64,000 nucleotides of DNA. It comes from Dehalococcoidia bacterium. GTDB taxonomy: Bacteria; Chloroflexota; Dehalococcoidia; DSTF01; JACRBR01. Location of the stretch: the NCBI GenBank assembly GCA_021731085.1, contig JAKFYB010000001.1, positions 101,266 to 165,265 on the forward strand. The letters run 5' to 3'. Of the stretch, positions 1 to 9,120 are shown piece after piece. Positions within the stretch are counted from its first letter, which is position 1, and each line of letters starts with the position of its first letter. A program made the translations under genes and the position numbers. The notes under the pieces are model-generated. The model saw only the letters and a program-made list of their open reading frames with translations, was not told the origin of the DNA and did not search any database.

Positions 1-701
1 CTGCTAGCCAGGTTCTCGGCGGAGTTCAGCGCGGCTTCGGCCGATGCTACGCCTGCTTCTGCGGCAGCGATGTCTGCATCCGATGGTGTGTCACTGAGCA
101 TCTCGCGGGTTGCCTGCGCGCTCGCGAGCTGCGCCTCGGCAGCGCTGACGCCCTGCTCTGCAGCCGCGAGGTCGGCTGCCGTGCCACCTTCAACGAGCGT
201 GTCATAGTCGTTTTCTGCCTTCGTAAGCGCGGCGGAAGCCTGCGCGACGGCCTGGTCAGCCTGCGCGAACTCTGCCGCGTCGACGCCGGCGAGGAGGTCG
301 GCGAGCTTTAGCTGTGCCGCCCGAACCTGCGCCTGGGCGGACGCGACAGCGTTCCCGAGATCCTCGGAGTCGAGGGTCGCAAGCACCTGGTCGGCCGCCA
401 CGATGTCGCCGGTCTTCACGTTGACGGTTGCGACGCGTCCGGTCGACTGGAATACGAGGCTGCTGTTGAGTTCTGCGTCGGCCGCGCCCGTGATCGAGAG
501 GCTCTGGTTGATCGTGGCGCGTGTGACAGGAATCTCTTCCGTCTCGCGCGTGATGGACACGCTATCGTCGCGAACAAAGAAGTACCAGTATCCGACCGCC
601 ATCGCTGCGATGATCGCGAGCAGGACGAGTCCGGACACGATGCGTCCGCGCCAGGGATTTTCCTCTAGTTCCAAACCGTCGTCGAAATTGATAGCCGTCA
701 C
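1..701 (-). CDS. HlyD-family efflux periplasmic adaptor (membrane fusion protein), N-terminal part; partial at window edge
   Basis: Minus-strand translation gives a GTG start overlapping the TetR stop, one N-terminal TM helix, then an Ala/Gln/Glu-rich coiled-coil typical of MacA/HlyD adaptors. Not in the ORF track because it runs off the edge. Confidence 0.55.
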   Translation of the reverse strand, partial: MTAINFDDGLELEENPWRGRIVSGLVLLAIIAAMAVGYWYFFVRDDSVSITRETEEIPVTRATINQSLSITGAADAELNSSLVFQSTGRVATVNVKTGDIVAADQVLATLDSEDLGNAVASAQAQVRAAQLKLADLLAGVDAAEFAQADQAVAQASAALTKAENDYDTLVEGGTAADLAAAEQGVSAAEAQLASAQATREMLSDTPSDADIAAAEAGVASAEAALNSAENLAS

Positions 702-1369
702 CGGCCCCTCCTCCTGCTGTCGTCTACCGCCGGTGTGTGTGGGATCGCCGCGCCCAAAGAGCGAAGCGCTAACTCCGCCGTGTGTGCTGCGAATGCTGCG
801 TCGTCATGTTCGCTGGGACGGTAAGGGCCGAGCACGAACAGCAGCCCGCTTGTAATGAAGTACGAGGCGAACAGCGGATCGGTCTCATCGAACTCGCCCG
901 CCGCGACCCCGCGGGAAATGATGCCGCGCACCGCCTGTCCGAGTTTAAAAGGTAGTGATGACTCAGGGCCTTCGGGCGCCTCCGGACGTTCGCCGCGCTT
1001 GATCGTTAGTTGCCACCACAGCGCGAAGACGTCGCGGTTCTGACTGCCGACCTCGATGAACCGATGAATGAGGTTGGTGAGCGACTCTGCGGCGGGGCGT
1101 GAAACGTCATCGCCCGCCAGCACAACCTCATCCATCTCGAGACCGGCGTCGGCGAGGATGGCCGCGAGAACCGCTTCCTTATCTGTGAAGTAGCGATAGA
1201 AGGTGCCGAAGCCGAGGTCAGCTTCCTCTGCGATCGCCGCAATCGTGGTTTCCTCGAACCCGTCCCTGGTGAACAGGACGCGCGCGGATGCGAGCAGGGC
1301 GTCGCGGTTGCGCGCACGCTTCCGCTCGAGGCGGGTTTCCGATTCTGTTGTCAAACCTGATACAGCCAT
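698..1369 (-). CDS. TetR family transcriptional regulator
   Basis: N-terminal HTH with the TFYRYFTDKEAVL motif. 223 aa, directly upstream of the adaptor gene. Confidence 0.85.
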   Translation of the reverse strand: MAVSGLTTESETRLERKRARNRDALLASARVLFTRDGFEETTIAAIAEEADLGFGTFYRYFTDKEAVLAAILADAGLEMDEVVLAGDDVSRPAAESLTNLIHRFIEVGSQNRDVFALWWQLTIKRGERPEAPEGPESSLPFKLGQAVRGIISRGVAAGEFDETDPLFASYFITSGLLFVLGPYRPSEHDDAAFAAHTAELALRSLGAAIPHTPAVDDSRRRGR

Positions 1370-1593
1370 CAGGGACGAATCCTACACATCGCCTGAGCTT
1401 AATGTCCTGCGAAAGTGTTACGCCTAGCGCTTGTCAAGAATTAAGTGACATAACGGACAGGGAGGGGCCGCGTCCGGCCAGCCGATCTCGGGACAAGGCT
1501 TAAGGGCCGCCCCTTACGGGCCGAAACTATGAGAAGAAGCGATGAATGTGGGTTTGAAGCGCCCGGGCAGTCTGCTGCGGGTGAGGGGGTGCG

Positions 1594-4176
1594 ATGCGAA
1601 TCCGAATAACTGTGCTTGCCGCGATCGCCGGCGCGGCACTCGTAGCAGGTTTTGGCAGCGACCCGACCGACAAACGCGCGCAAGCGCAGGCGCCGACCGT
1701 CGAATACACGGGCGATGTGATCGTGAAATTCGACGCGGGCGTGACGCTTCCGGAAGTGGCGCAGGCGATCAGTGATGCAGATGGTTCGGCCGTGGCGACC
1801 AGCGCCGGTTCCGGCCTCGTGCTTGTCGAGCCTGCGGACGGCCAGTCACTTCAGGATGCGCTCAGTGAGTTGAAAGCGAACCCGGACGTAGCGTTCGCCG
1901 AGGCGGATACCGTCATGCGGGCCGACCTCATGCCCAACGATCCGCTTGCCAACAACGCGAGCTACAACTGGAGCTTGACCGAGATCGGCGCGCCCACCGC
2001 GTGGGACACGACGACGGGCAATGCGAACGTCATTGTGGCGGTGGTGGACACGGGCGTGGATGGCACGCCAGGCGACCTCATCGGCAAACTGACCTCCGGG
2101 GCGAACGCGGGCAAGAACTTCATCCAGATCGGCGTGAACACGTCCGTGAACGCGTCTGGTACAGCACGCATCCGGACGACGACAGCGCACCCGTATCGTT
2201 CGGGGGACTTCATCACGATCGCCGGCCACAGCGTCGCGGCCTACAACGGCTCGCGCGAGGTCTTCGTTCCCTCGACGAACATCAGCTCCGTCAGCAATTC
2301 AAGCGGTTCGGTGCTTGTCACAACATCCGCAGCCCACCAGCTTGCAACCGGCGATATGGTCAGCATCCGCAGCAACAGCGCGAACGTGACCTACCTTGCC
2401 GCGTCAACATCGATCAACCGCGAGTGGACGGTGACTGTCACGAGCACGACGCAGTTCACGCTGAACAGCGCGACCTACAACACTGCCGGCACCGGCGGGC
2501 AGGCGCGCGTCGCCTCCTACATGAATCTCGTGAGCGTGCCGTACACAAGCGCCGGGGCCGGTGGCACGGCGACCAACGACTCGCCGCGCGACGACCACAG
2601 CCACGGCACGTTCGTATCGGGCATCATCGCCGCGAATTCGAACAACGGTACAGGCATGGCGGGCGTCTGCTGGTCGTGCAAGATCATGCCGGTTAAGGTG
2701 CTGGACCACGAGGGCTATGGAAGTTCGTTCGGCGTCTCGCAAGGCATCGACTGGGCGGTCGCGAATGGCGCCGACGTTATCAACCTGAGCCTCGGCGGGG
2801 GCGGCACGGCAGGCTTGCAGACGTCGGTGAACAACGCATGGGCTGCCGGCGTGATCGTTGTCGCGGCGACGGGCAATGACAACGGGCCTGTGTCGTTCCC
2901 CGCTGCGTACTCCAACGCGATTGCCGTTGGCTCGACGCAACAAGGTGGCTCGCGGTCGTCATTCAGCAACTTCGGCCCGGAGATCGACATCGTCGCTCCC
3001 GGTAGCAGCGTGCTCGGCACATTGTGCCAGTGCAACGGTGGTGCAGGTGGCTACGGCACGGGCAGCGGCACGTCGTTCTCGACGCCATATGTCGCGGGTG
3101 CTGCGGCGCTCCTCATCGCGTCGGGGGTGACGGATAAGGCGCAGATCCGCTCGAAACTGCTGACGACGGCCACGGATCTTGGTACCGGCGGCTTCGACAA
3201 CCTCTATGGCAACGGTCGTCTCAACGTTGGCTCAGCGATCGCCACCCCAGGGACGGCCACACCAACCAACACTCCGACGAACACGGCAACGCCCACGAAC
3301 ACGGCCACGCCAACATCGACGCCGACGCCCGACACGACTGATCCTTCCGCGAACATCACAGCGCCTACGAACGGCGCCGTACTCGCGCTCGGCAATGTTG
3401 TGATAAACGCGTTTGCTGCGGATGGCGGCGGCGTGAACAAGGTTCGGTTCTGGGTGGACTCGACGTACCTGGGATTCGATAGTGCCGCTCCGTACACCAG
3501 GACCTGGGACGCGAGTAGTGCTGGACCTGGCAGCAGTCACGTAATCAAGATCGAAGCGATCGACAACTCGAACAACTCGACCATCCGAACCATCACGGTC
3601 ACGATGGCTGGTGCGGACGGAACGCCACCGACGGCGAGCATTACCTCGCCTGTGGCTGGTGCGAGCGTCTCCGGCATGGTGCCGGTCAACGCTACGGCCA
3701 GTGACGCCGGTGGCATCAACAAGGTGCGGTTCTGGGCGGGTTCGACCTATCTCGGCTTCGACGCAACAGCGCCGTACTCCAGGACGTGGGACTCTTCCCT
3801 CTCCGTATCGGGGCCAGTGACGTTGAAAATCGAAGCCATTGACAACGCGAACAACTCAACGTTCCGGACGATTGTAGTGACAAACGTGTCAACTGATGTG
3901 ACGCCGCCGACGGCGACGATCACTGTCCCTGCTGACGGCGCCACCGTCTCTGGCACGGTCGCGTTAACGGCAACGGGATCCGACGCCGGCGGTATCCAGA
4001 AGATTCGGTTCTGGGTCGACGCGACGTACCTTGGTTACGACTCTACGAGTCCGTACCAGCGTTCGTGGAACACAACTCTCGTGCCGAACGGCGTCTACGT
4101 CCTCAAGGCACAGGCTGTCGATCTGGCAAATAACGAAAGCACGATCGTCACCATCACCGTGACCGTGTCGAATTAG
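1594..4176 (+). CDS. Secreted S8 subtilisin-like serine protease with Thr/Pro linker and three C-terminal Ig-like repeats
   Basis: Catalytic triad motifs VVDTGVD, HGTFVSGIIAA and GTSFSTPYVAGAAALL. N-terminal signal peptide. About 185 aa inserted between the Asp and His motifs. GAGGGGG RBS upstream of the ATG. Confidence 0.85.
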   Translation: MRIRITVLAAIAGAALVAGFGSDPTDKRAQAQAPTVEYTGDVIVKFDAGVTLPEVAQAISDADGSAVATSAGSGLVLVEPADGQSLQDALSELKANPDVAFAEADTVMRADLMPNDPLANNASYNWSLTEIGAPTAWDTTTGNANVIVAVVDTGVDGTPGDLIGKLTSGANAGKNFIQIGVNTSVNASGTARIRTTTAHPYRSGDFITIAGHSVAAYNGSREVFVPSTNISSVSNSSGSVLVTTSAAHQLATGDMVSIRSNSANVTYLAASTSINREWTVTVTSTTQFTLNSATYNTAGTGGQARVASYMNLVSVPYTSAGAGGTATNDSPRDDHSHGTFVSGIIAANSNNGTGMAGVCWSCKIMPVKVLDHEGYGSSFGVSQGIDWAVANGADVINLSLGGGGTAGLQTSVNNAWAAGVIVVAATGNDNGPVSFPAAYSNAIAVGSTQQGGSRSSFSNFGPEIDIVAPGSSVLGTLCQCNGGAGGYGTGSGTSFSTPYVAGAAALLIASGVTDKAQIRSKLLTTATDLGTGGFDNLYGNGRLNVGSAIATPGTATPTNTPTNTATPTNTATPTSTPTPDTTDPSANITAPTNGAVLALGNVVINAFAADGGGVNKVRFWVDSTYLGFDSAAPYTRTWDASSAGPGSSHVIKIEAIDNSNNSTIRTITVTMAGADGTPPTASITSPVAGASVSGMVPVNATASDAGGINKVRFWAGSTYLGFDATAPYSRTWDSSLSVSGPVTLKIEAIDNANNSTFRTIVVTNVSTDVTPPTATITVPADGATVSGTVALTATGSDAGGIQKIRFWVDATYLGYDSTSPYQRSWNTTLVPNGVYVLKAQAVDLANNESTIVTITVTVSN
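3343..4173 (+). repeat. Three tandem ~280-nt coding repeats (~93-aa Ig-like modules) in the protease C-terminus
   Basis: The protein repeats the pattern TPPTA(T/S)IT.P..GA.VSG.V...A..SDAGGI.K(V/I)RFW...TYLG(F/Y)D...PY.R(T/S)W three times. Confidence 0.7.
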
Positions 4177-4243
4177 TGATTGGAGCAGGGTCGCACAACC
4201 CGCCACCGGATAGTGCGACCCTGCGATCTCTCCTGCTTACTTG

Positions 4244-5371
4244 TCATGCGGCTCGAGCTGCTGTGCGTTCCTCGACATTTCCGGCAATCGCTTCGATATA
4301 GCGGTCGGCCGTGCGACCCCAACCGAAGTTGTCCAGCGTGTACGACCGCATGCGGGCCCCGGCGTCCACGATCGCCTGTCGCGGCAACGAGAGGAGACCG
4401 CGAATCTCAGCGGCCCACGCAGACGCGTCTAGCGGCGGAACAAGCACGCCGTTCCCTCCGTGATGGATCGCCTCGGGGATTCCGTCGAGATTCGAAGCCA
4501 GGACGGGAAGCCCGGAAGCGGAAGCCTCAAGTGCGACCAGGCCAAAGCCCTCCATATCGCCAGTCACAGGCACGTTTGGCATGACGAAGAGATCAGACGA
4601 GGCGTAAGCCGCCGCCAGAACCGAGTCGGTGACGCTTCCCAACATTCGAATGCGGTCATGCACACCCGCGATTGCAGCGGCTCGTTCGATTTCCCCCTTC
4701 ATCGCTCCGACACCGATGATGCAGTACGTGACATCCTCGGGAAGGCGTGGTAGCACATGCTCCACAAACCATGCGACGCCCTTGCGTTCGATCAGGCGAC
4801 CGACGGTCAGAACCACTCGCTCCCCTTCCCGCACTGCGGCCAGTTTGCTGAACTGTTGTCGCGCCTCCGTGGTTGGTTCAGGCAACGGGTTTATTCCCAA
4901 CGGGATCACTTCTGACATTGGATTGGGGCCAGTCCGCTCGTGCATCGCGGCCTCGGTTGCTGCACTGATCGGCATCGCCAAATCGATGCGGCGCAGGCCG
5001 TTGGTGATCACCCGCTGATAGATTTCGTTTTCGTACGTGACATCAAGACCGCACACCGACGCGGTCACTCGAATCCCGGTTGCGGCTTTGATCGCCGCGC
5101 CGACCGGTGCGAGCAACGCGTCTGCAAGATGGACGCTAGTAAAGCCGCCGGAGCGCACCTGACGGACTGCTGCTGTCGCCGCATACGGAAGAAACAGTGG
5201 CAGCGCCTTCTTTCCCCGATGGTTGATGAGGGAAACAATCTCGACGCGTTCCTCGAGGTGATTGTGGAGCTGCAACGCAAGGTTTTCCATCCCGCCCTGG
5301 GTCGGTGGATATGCGCGGGCAATGAACAGGATCTTCAAGTCTGTCGCGCGAACGGCACTAGCGAGACGCAT
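4244..5371 (-). CDS. Glycosyltransferase family 4 (GT-B)
   Basis: EGFGLVALEASASGLPV motif and overall GT4 architecture; 375 aa. Confidence 0.8.
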   Translation of the reverse strand: MRLASAVRATDLKILFIARAYPPTQGGMENLALQLHNHLEERVEIVSLINHRGKKALPLFLPYAATAAVRQVRSGGFTSVHLADALLAPVGAAIKAATGIRVTASVCGLDVTYENEIYQRVITNGLRRIDLAMPISAATEAAMHERTGPNPMSEVIPLGINPLPEPTTEARQQFSKLAAVREGERVVLTVGRLIERKGVAWFVEHVLPRLPEDVTYCIIGVGAMKGEIERAAAIAGVHDRIRMLGSVTDSVLAAAYASSDLFVMPNVPVTGDMEGFGLVALEASASGLPVLASNLDGIPEAIHHGGNGVLVPPLDASAWAAEIRGLLSLPRQAIVDAGARMRSYTLDNFGWGRTADRYIEAIAGNVEERTAARAA

Positions 5372-7091
5372 TGGGCTCCTCCTCCAGTGTCTTCACCTCG
5401 TATAGGCGAAGGCCGTGTTCTATGTCTCGACCCCGTAGCGCCACCTTTTCATTGGTTGTCGTCATTTGGACCAGCTCGAAGTATTCGGACGGCGTGTTTA
5501 GTTGTAGAAACGACCGCATGCCATCTCTCGGCATCGCATCGACGTAAGCCCCGGGTGGATCCGAGATCAGCACGTAATCGATCCCGTATGCATTCAAAAT
5601 CTCATTCGCGCGGCGCGGCTCGCCTGTTGTGATCGCGTCGACCACCCACGCATTCCCATAGAACGTCACCCACGCCACATTGCGTTCCCATGTAAGCAGC
5701 GCCGTGTATGTCCTCGGTGTAAGGATTATGGTGTCGGGGGGAGTGTTGGCGTTAACCCACGCCCCCATCTCCGCGTATTCGGCGCCTCGAAAGTTCCGCA
5801 AATCGCGATCGCCCGTACGCAAGTACATATCCACCTCACGTGAGCTGTGAGGCGCGAGCCCGTAGAGTGCAGCGGCGATCAACGCAGCCGCCGTTGCGGC
5901 GCCAACAATGCGCAAGGCGTTGAGTTCTTCCCGAAGCCAACGGGCGCCAGCGGCGACTATCGCGTACAGGCCGAATGCGAACGCCGTGTGGAAGAGGATC
6001 TGCGAAGTGATGACGTACCGCGGATTCCCGTGAAGGAACACGAGCATCGCCGCGTCGATGGCGACTTGTGCCACGATCCAGCGCGCGAAAAAGCGGCTCG
6101 CACCTCCGCGGCCATGAAGGTACGCCACGCCTACCATCGATGTACCGATGACGAGCGCGGACATCCACTCGGGTGTCCAGCTCTCGGTGTACACCAGCGC
6201 GGTGCGGTATTTGTCTAGCCAGACGGTCGGCGATCCGTCCGGCTTGGTGATGCTGGCTATATAGGCATTTGCAGTCGGATCGATAGCCAGTGATGGGCTC
6301 ATGCCTGGCAGCCAGTTGTCCGCGTAGCCAATCGCCCCCGTGCGCATGGCAAGAAACAACAGTGCGGGGACTGAGGTCGCGAGGAGGCCCGCTACGAGCG
6401 TTGTGGTCCACGGCCATTCATGGAGGATCAGGCGTGGACGCCACGCGGCACGCTCTGCGATCCCAAACGCCACCACGAGGCTGAGCGCGAGGATGACGAA
6501 GAGGGCGTTCTGCCGCGTTGCAAGCCCCAATCCCAACAAGAGGCCGCTCAGGATCGCATAGCGTGGACGGCGCGTGTCGAATGCTACATAGGCCATCCAT
6601 GCGCCCGCGAACAAGAACGCCAGCATGACCGGTTCCATATACGGGCTTCGGTAGGGCCCTAAGACCGCAGGCGAAGACAGAAACACCAGCGAGGCAGCCG
6701 CGGCGACAATCGTTGGCGTTCCGCGTTTCGTAAACATGAACACTGAGCAAGCAACGACGCCTGCCGAAATCGCATTCAAGGCGATTACGCCTGCCAGCCC
6801 CGCAATCGTATACGCGGCTGCTCCGAGCACGTGGTACAGGGGTGGGTAGGCATAAGGGAACATCGCGACGATCTCCCCGCCTTCCTCCACGCGCGCCGGC
6901 GTGTGGGGCAGCTCAGTCGGTATGGAGCCACTCGCGGCGATGTCCTTGATAAGCCGGAGGTGCAGCGCTGGATCGCCATCGGGCGTCTCCGTGAAGTTTG
7001 CGCGAAGCAGCACGTACACAGCGGCGATGATCGCAACTCCGATGAGGATGGCGTACGCTCCGAACCACGTCGTCAGCCTCGTCCGCGTCAT
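5358..7091 (-). CDS. GT-C membrane glycosyltransferase (PMT_2/ArnT-like, GT39/GT83 family)
   Basis: At least ten predicted TM helices, the YPPLYH loop motif characteristic of ArnT/PMT-like enzymes, and a C-terminal soluble domain. Confidence 0.6.
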   Translation of the reverse strand: MTRTRLTTWFGAYAILIGVAIIAAVYVLLRANFTETPDGDPALHLRLIKDIAASGSIPTELPHTPARVEEGGEIVAMFPYAYPPLYHVLGAAAYTIAGLAGVIALNAISAGVVACSVFMFTKRGTPTIVAAAASLVFLSSPAVLGPYRSPYMEPVMLAFLFAGAWMAYVAFDTRRPRYAILSGLLLGLGLATRQNALFVILALSLVVAFGIAERAAWRPRLILHEWPWTTTLVAGLLATSVPALLFLAMRTGAIGYADNWLPGMSPSLAIDPTANAYIASITKPDGSPTVWLDKYRTALVYTESWTPEWMSALVIGTSMVGVAYLHGRGGASRFFARWIVAQVAIDAAMLVFLHGNPRYVITSQILFHTAFAFGLYAIVAAGARWLREELNALRIVGAATAAALIAAALYGLAPHSSREVDMYLRTGDRDLRNFRGAEYAEMGAWVNANTPPDTIILTPRTYTALLTWERNVAWVTFYGNAWVVDAITTGEPRRANEILNAYGIDYVLISDPPGAYVDAMPRDGMRSFLQLNTPSEYFELVQMTTTNEKVALRGRDIEHGLRLYEVKTLEEEPNASR

Positions 7092-8143
7092 GCGGACCTC
7101 CGTTCGGTCACGGCCGTGACGGGTGGCGCGCTAGCTGGTGACGGTGGGACGGTCTGCAGCGCTGCCTTGGTGCGTACCGCGTGCCACGCGACGTGTGTTC
7201 CAGCGACCACATCGATGATGAACGCGAGCACGAATAGCGCCAGGTCTGCGATCACCATCAGCAGGCGTAGCATGATGGCCGCCAGCGCGGCCACTTCCAC
7301 CGTAAAACGCGAGGCCAACAACGCTGTCAGCGCGCCGTCTCGCACGCCAAGTCCCGCTGGCACGAGTACGACGAGGATTCCAGCGACGCCCGCGAGCGAC
7401 AGCGCTCCTGTCGCGAGGAAGATGTCATCGACGGAGGCGCCGCCTACCGCGCGCAGGATGATCCACAGCGCAACGCCGTTGATTGCCTGGTTCGTGGCGA
7501 CGAAGAACGATGCGGCCATGAGCGCGCACGTAGGTGGTAGTGCGCCATCGGGCAGCGGCTCACGTCGCAGAATGCGCAGCGATGCATCGACGATGCGACG
7601 GAGGACGGACGGGTGCAACGCAGCAAGCGCGACCGAAGGCAGGAGTGCCAGCACGATGTATCGCCCGCCGCCGGCCGTCAGCCCCTGCGCGGCAACGATC
7701 ATCGTTGCACCGACCACCGTAGAGACCAGGATCTCAAGTACGTTCTGGACGGCAGTCGTCACGACAAGCGGTCGCGTGCCGTAGCCGATGCGTGTACCGA
7801 GGTACACCTTGCCGGCGAAGAACGGCAGGGTGCCAGGCACATAGCGGCCGAGCCACGAGTAAGAGAACGCCAGCATCAGACGACCGCGGCGGTGCGGCTC
7901 GGCCGCCGCTACGCTTTCGATGAGCACGATCCAGGCCGCGCCGAGGCAGAGGGTCGCCAGCATGAATAGACCGGTTGCCAGTGCAAACCACTCCGCATCG
8001 GCGACGAGGGCTGCTGTGTCCACGGATCCCGCGCCGTCGACGAGGCTGCGAGACGCGAACCACAGCATCGCTCCGAGCAGGGCGATGGCGATGGTGGCGC
8101 GCATGCCGTGCGCCCGAATCCAGCTTGAACGTGCGAGGTGCAT
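7088..8143 (-). CDS. Flippase-like membrane protein (lysylphosphatidylglycerol-synthase TM-region family)
   Basis: Polytopic membrane protein resembling the MprF TM domain. The long ORF-track N-terminus looks spurious; a start at MHLARSS (8143) is proposed. Confidence 0.5.
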   Translation of the reverse strand: MHLARSSWIRAHGMRATIAIALLGAMLWFASRSLVDGAGSVDTAALVADAEWFALATGLFMLATLCLGAAWIVLIESVAAAEPHRRGRLMLAFSYSWLGRYVPGTLPFFAGKVYLGTRIGYGTRPLVVTTAVQNVLEILVSTVVGATMIVAAQGLTAGGGRYIVLALLPSVALAALHPSVLRRIVDASLRILRREPLPDGALPPTCALMAASFFVATNQAINGVALWIILRAVGGASVDDIFLATGALSLAGVAGILVVLVPAGLGVRDGALTALLASRFTVEVAALAAIMLRLLMVIADLALFVLAFIIDVVAGTHVAWHAVRTKAALQTVPPSPASAPPVTAVTERRSA

Positions 8144-8492
8144 CGGCAATCCAGTCCGGGGTCCGGTCGCCCTGAAGCGGATCCGGCAGCAATCGGGCCG
8201 GGCGTCTTGCCCGGATCTCTGCTTCTCGCGCCCGCGTCTCTCGCGGCTTCGGCCCAGTTTCAGGGTGTGACCTCGATGAGTCAGTAGGGGGAGACCTGAG
8301 ACAGCCGGGTATGAACCCCTGCTTCCAGAATCGACCGCTGGCGATGAATCTGGATCACAGACGTTTAACAAACCGAGGCGTCTGAACCCCTCAAGTTGGG
8401 TTCGAGGTGGGCCGAACATCAGACGAGACCAGAATGGGGTTACGGGTTCGGTGGGTTGCCGTTCGACGTGCCTAAGCTAACAGGAGGACTGG

Positions 8493-8849
8493 ATGTTCAA
8501 GACAAAAGGAGCGATGTTCGGCATTGCTGCGGCGCTCGTCGTGGCCGGCCTGACCTTCGCCAGCATGGCAGTGACCACGACTTCAGGCGCGGGCACGGAC
8601 GAGGTAGAGAACACGCCGGTGGCCGCGCCGCCGCAGGCTCCGATCGAGGCGCCCGCGGACACGACGGTCGACCCGACTGGTGGCCAGCAGGGCGCTGGCA
8701 CGGGCCCTGGCGGCCTTCCCGACGCGGGCTACGGCCCGGCGGAGAACAGCGGCACGAACACGATGCTGCTTGGCCTGGCAGGAATTGTCCTGATGGCTGG
8801 TAGCGGACTGATGTTCGCGGCGAGCAAGGCCAGCGACCGAAGGTCCTAG
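8493..8849 (+). CDS. Small secreted Pro/Thr-rich protein with C-terminal cell-wall-sorting-like signal (LPDAG + TM + basic tail)
   Basis: N-terminal signal peptide and a Pro/Ala/Thr-rich body. The C-terminus reads LPDAG, a 12-aa spacer, a hydrophobic helix, then SKASDRRS. Confidence 0.45.
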   Translation: MFKTKGAMFGIAAALVVAGLTFASMAVTTTSGAGTDEVENTPVAAPPQAPIEAPADTTVDPTGGQQGAGTGPGGLPDAGYGPAENSGTNTMLLGLAGIVLMAGSGLMFAASKASDRRS

Positions 8850-9120
8850 TCTCGCGCAAACGAAAATCGAAGAGTTTGAAGGAGGCCCTGCACTGCCGCA
8901 GGGCCTCCTTCTCTATTTTCGCGCGAGTCTGACGCCGATTGACGCGCAGGTCTCGCCGCATGGTGCGATGGGGGGCGCTCTCGTAGGGTCGTTTGTGGTG
9001 TGGTTGGGGATTCGCCTGATGGTGATGGGTACGGGCGCGCGGGATGATGGCCGCATGATGGGAACCGGCGCAATCGCGTCATCTGTTGCTGTGCGCCATC
9101 CGCGCGTCCGCTGGCGCGCA

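Noticed and set aside
403-855. ORF 403-855 (+) and numerous long overlapping ORFs elsewhere (e.g. 2001-2696, 24805-25860, 48167-49879, 55543-56724, 57063-58760, 59330-60523)
   Set aside because: They are Arg/Pro/Ala-rich products of alternative frames or the antisense strand of well-supported genes, as is typical of high-GC DNA. They lack RBSs and recognisable motifs.
7088-8419. Full-length 443-aa version of the flippase-like ORF
   Set aside because: The first ~90 residues are Arg/Gly/Ser-rich and non-hydrophobic and overlap a divergent intergenic region. The membrane domain begins at MHLARSS, so the later start was adopted.
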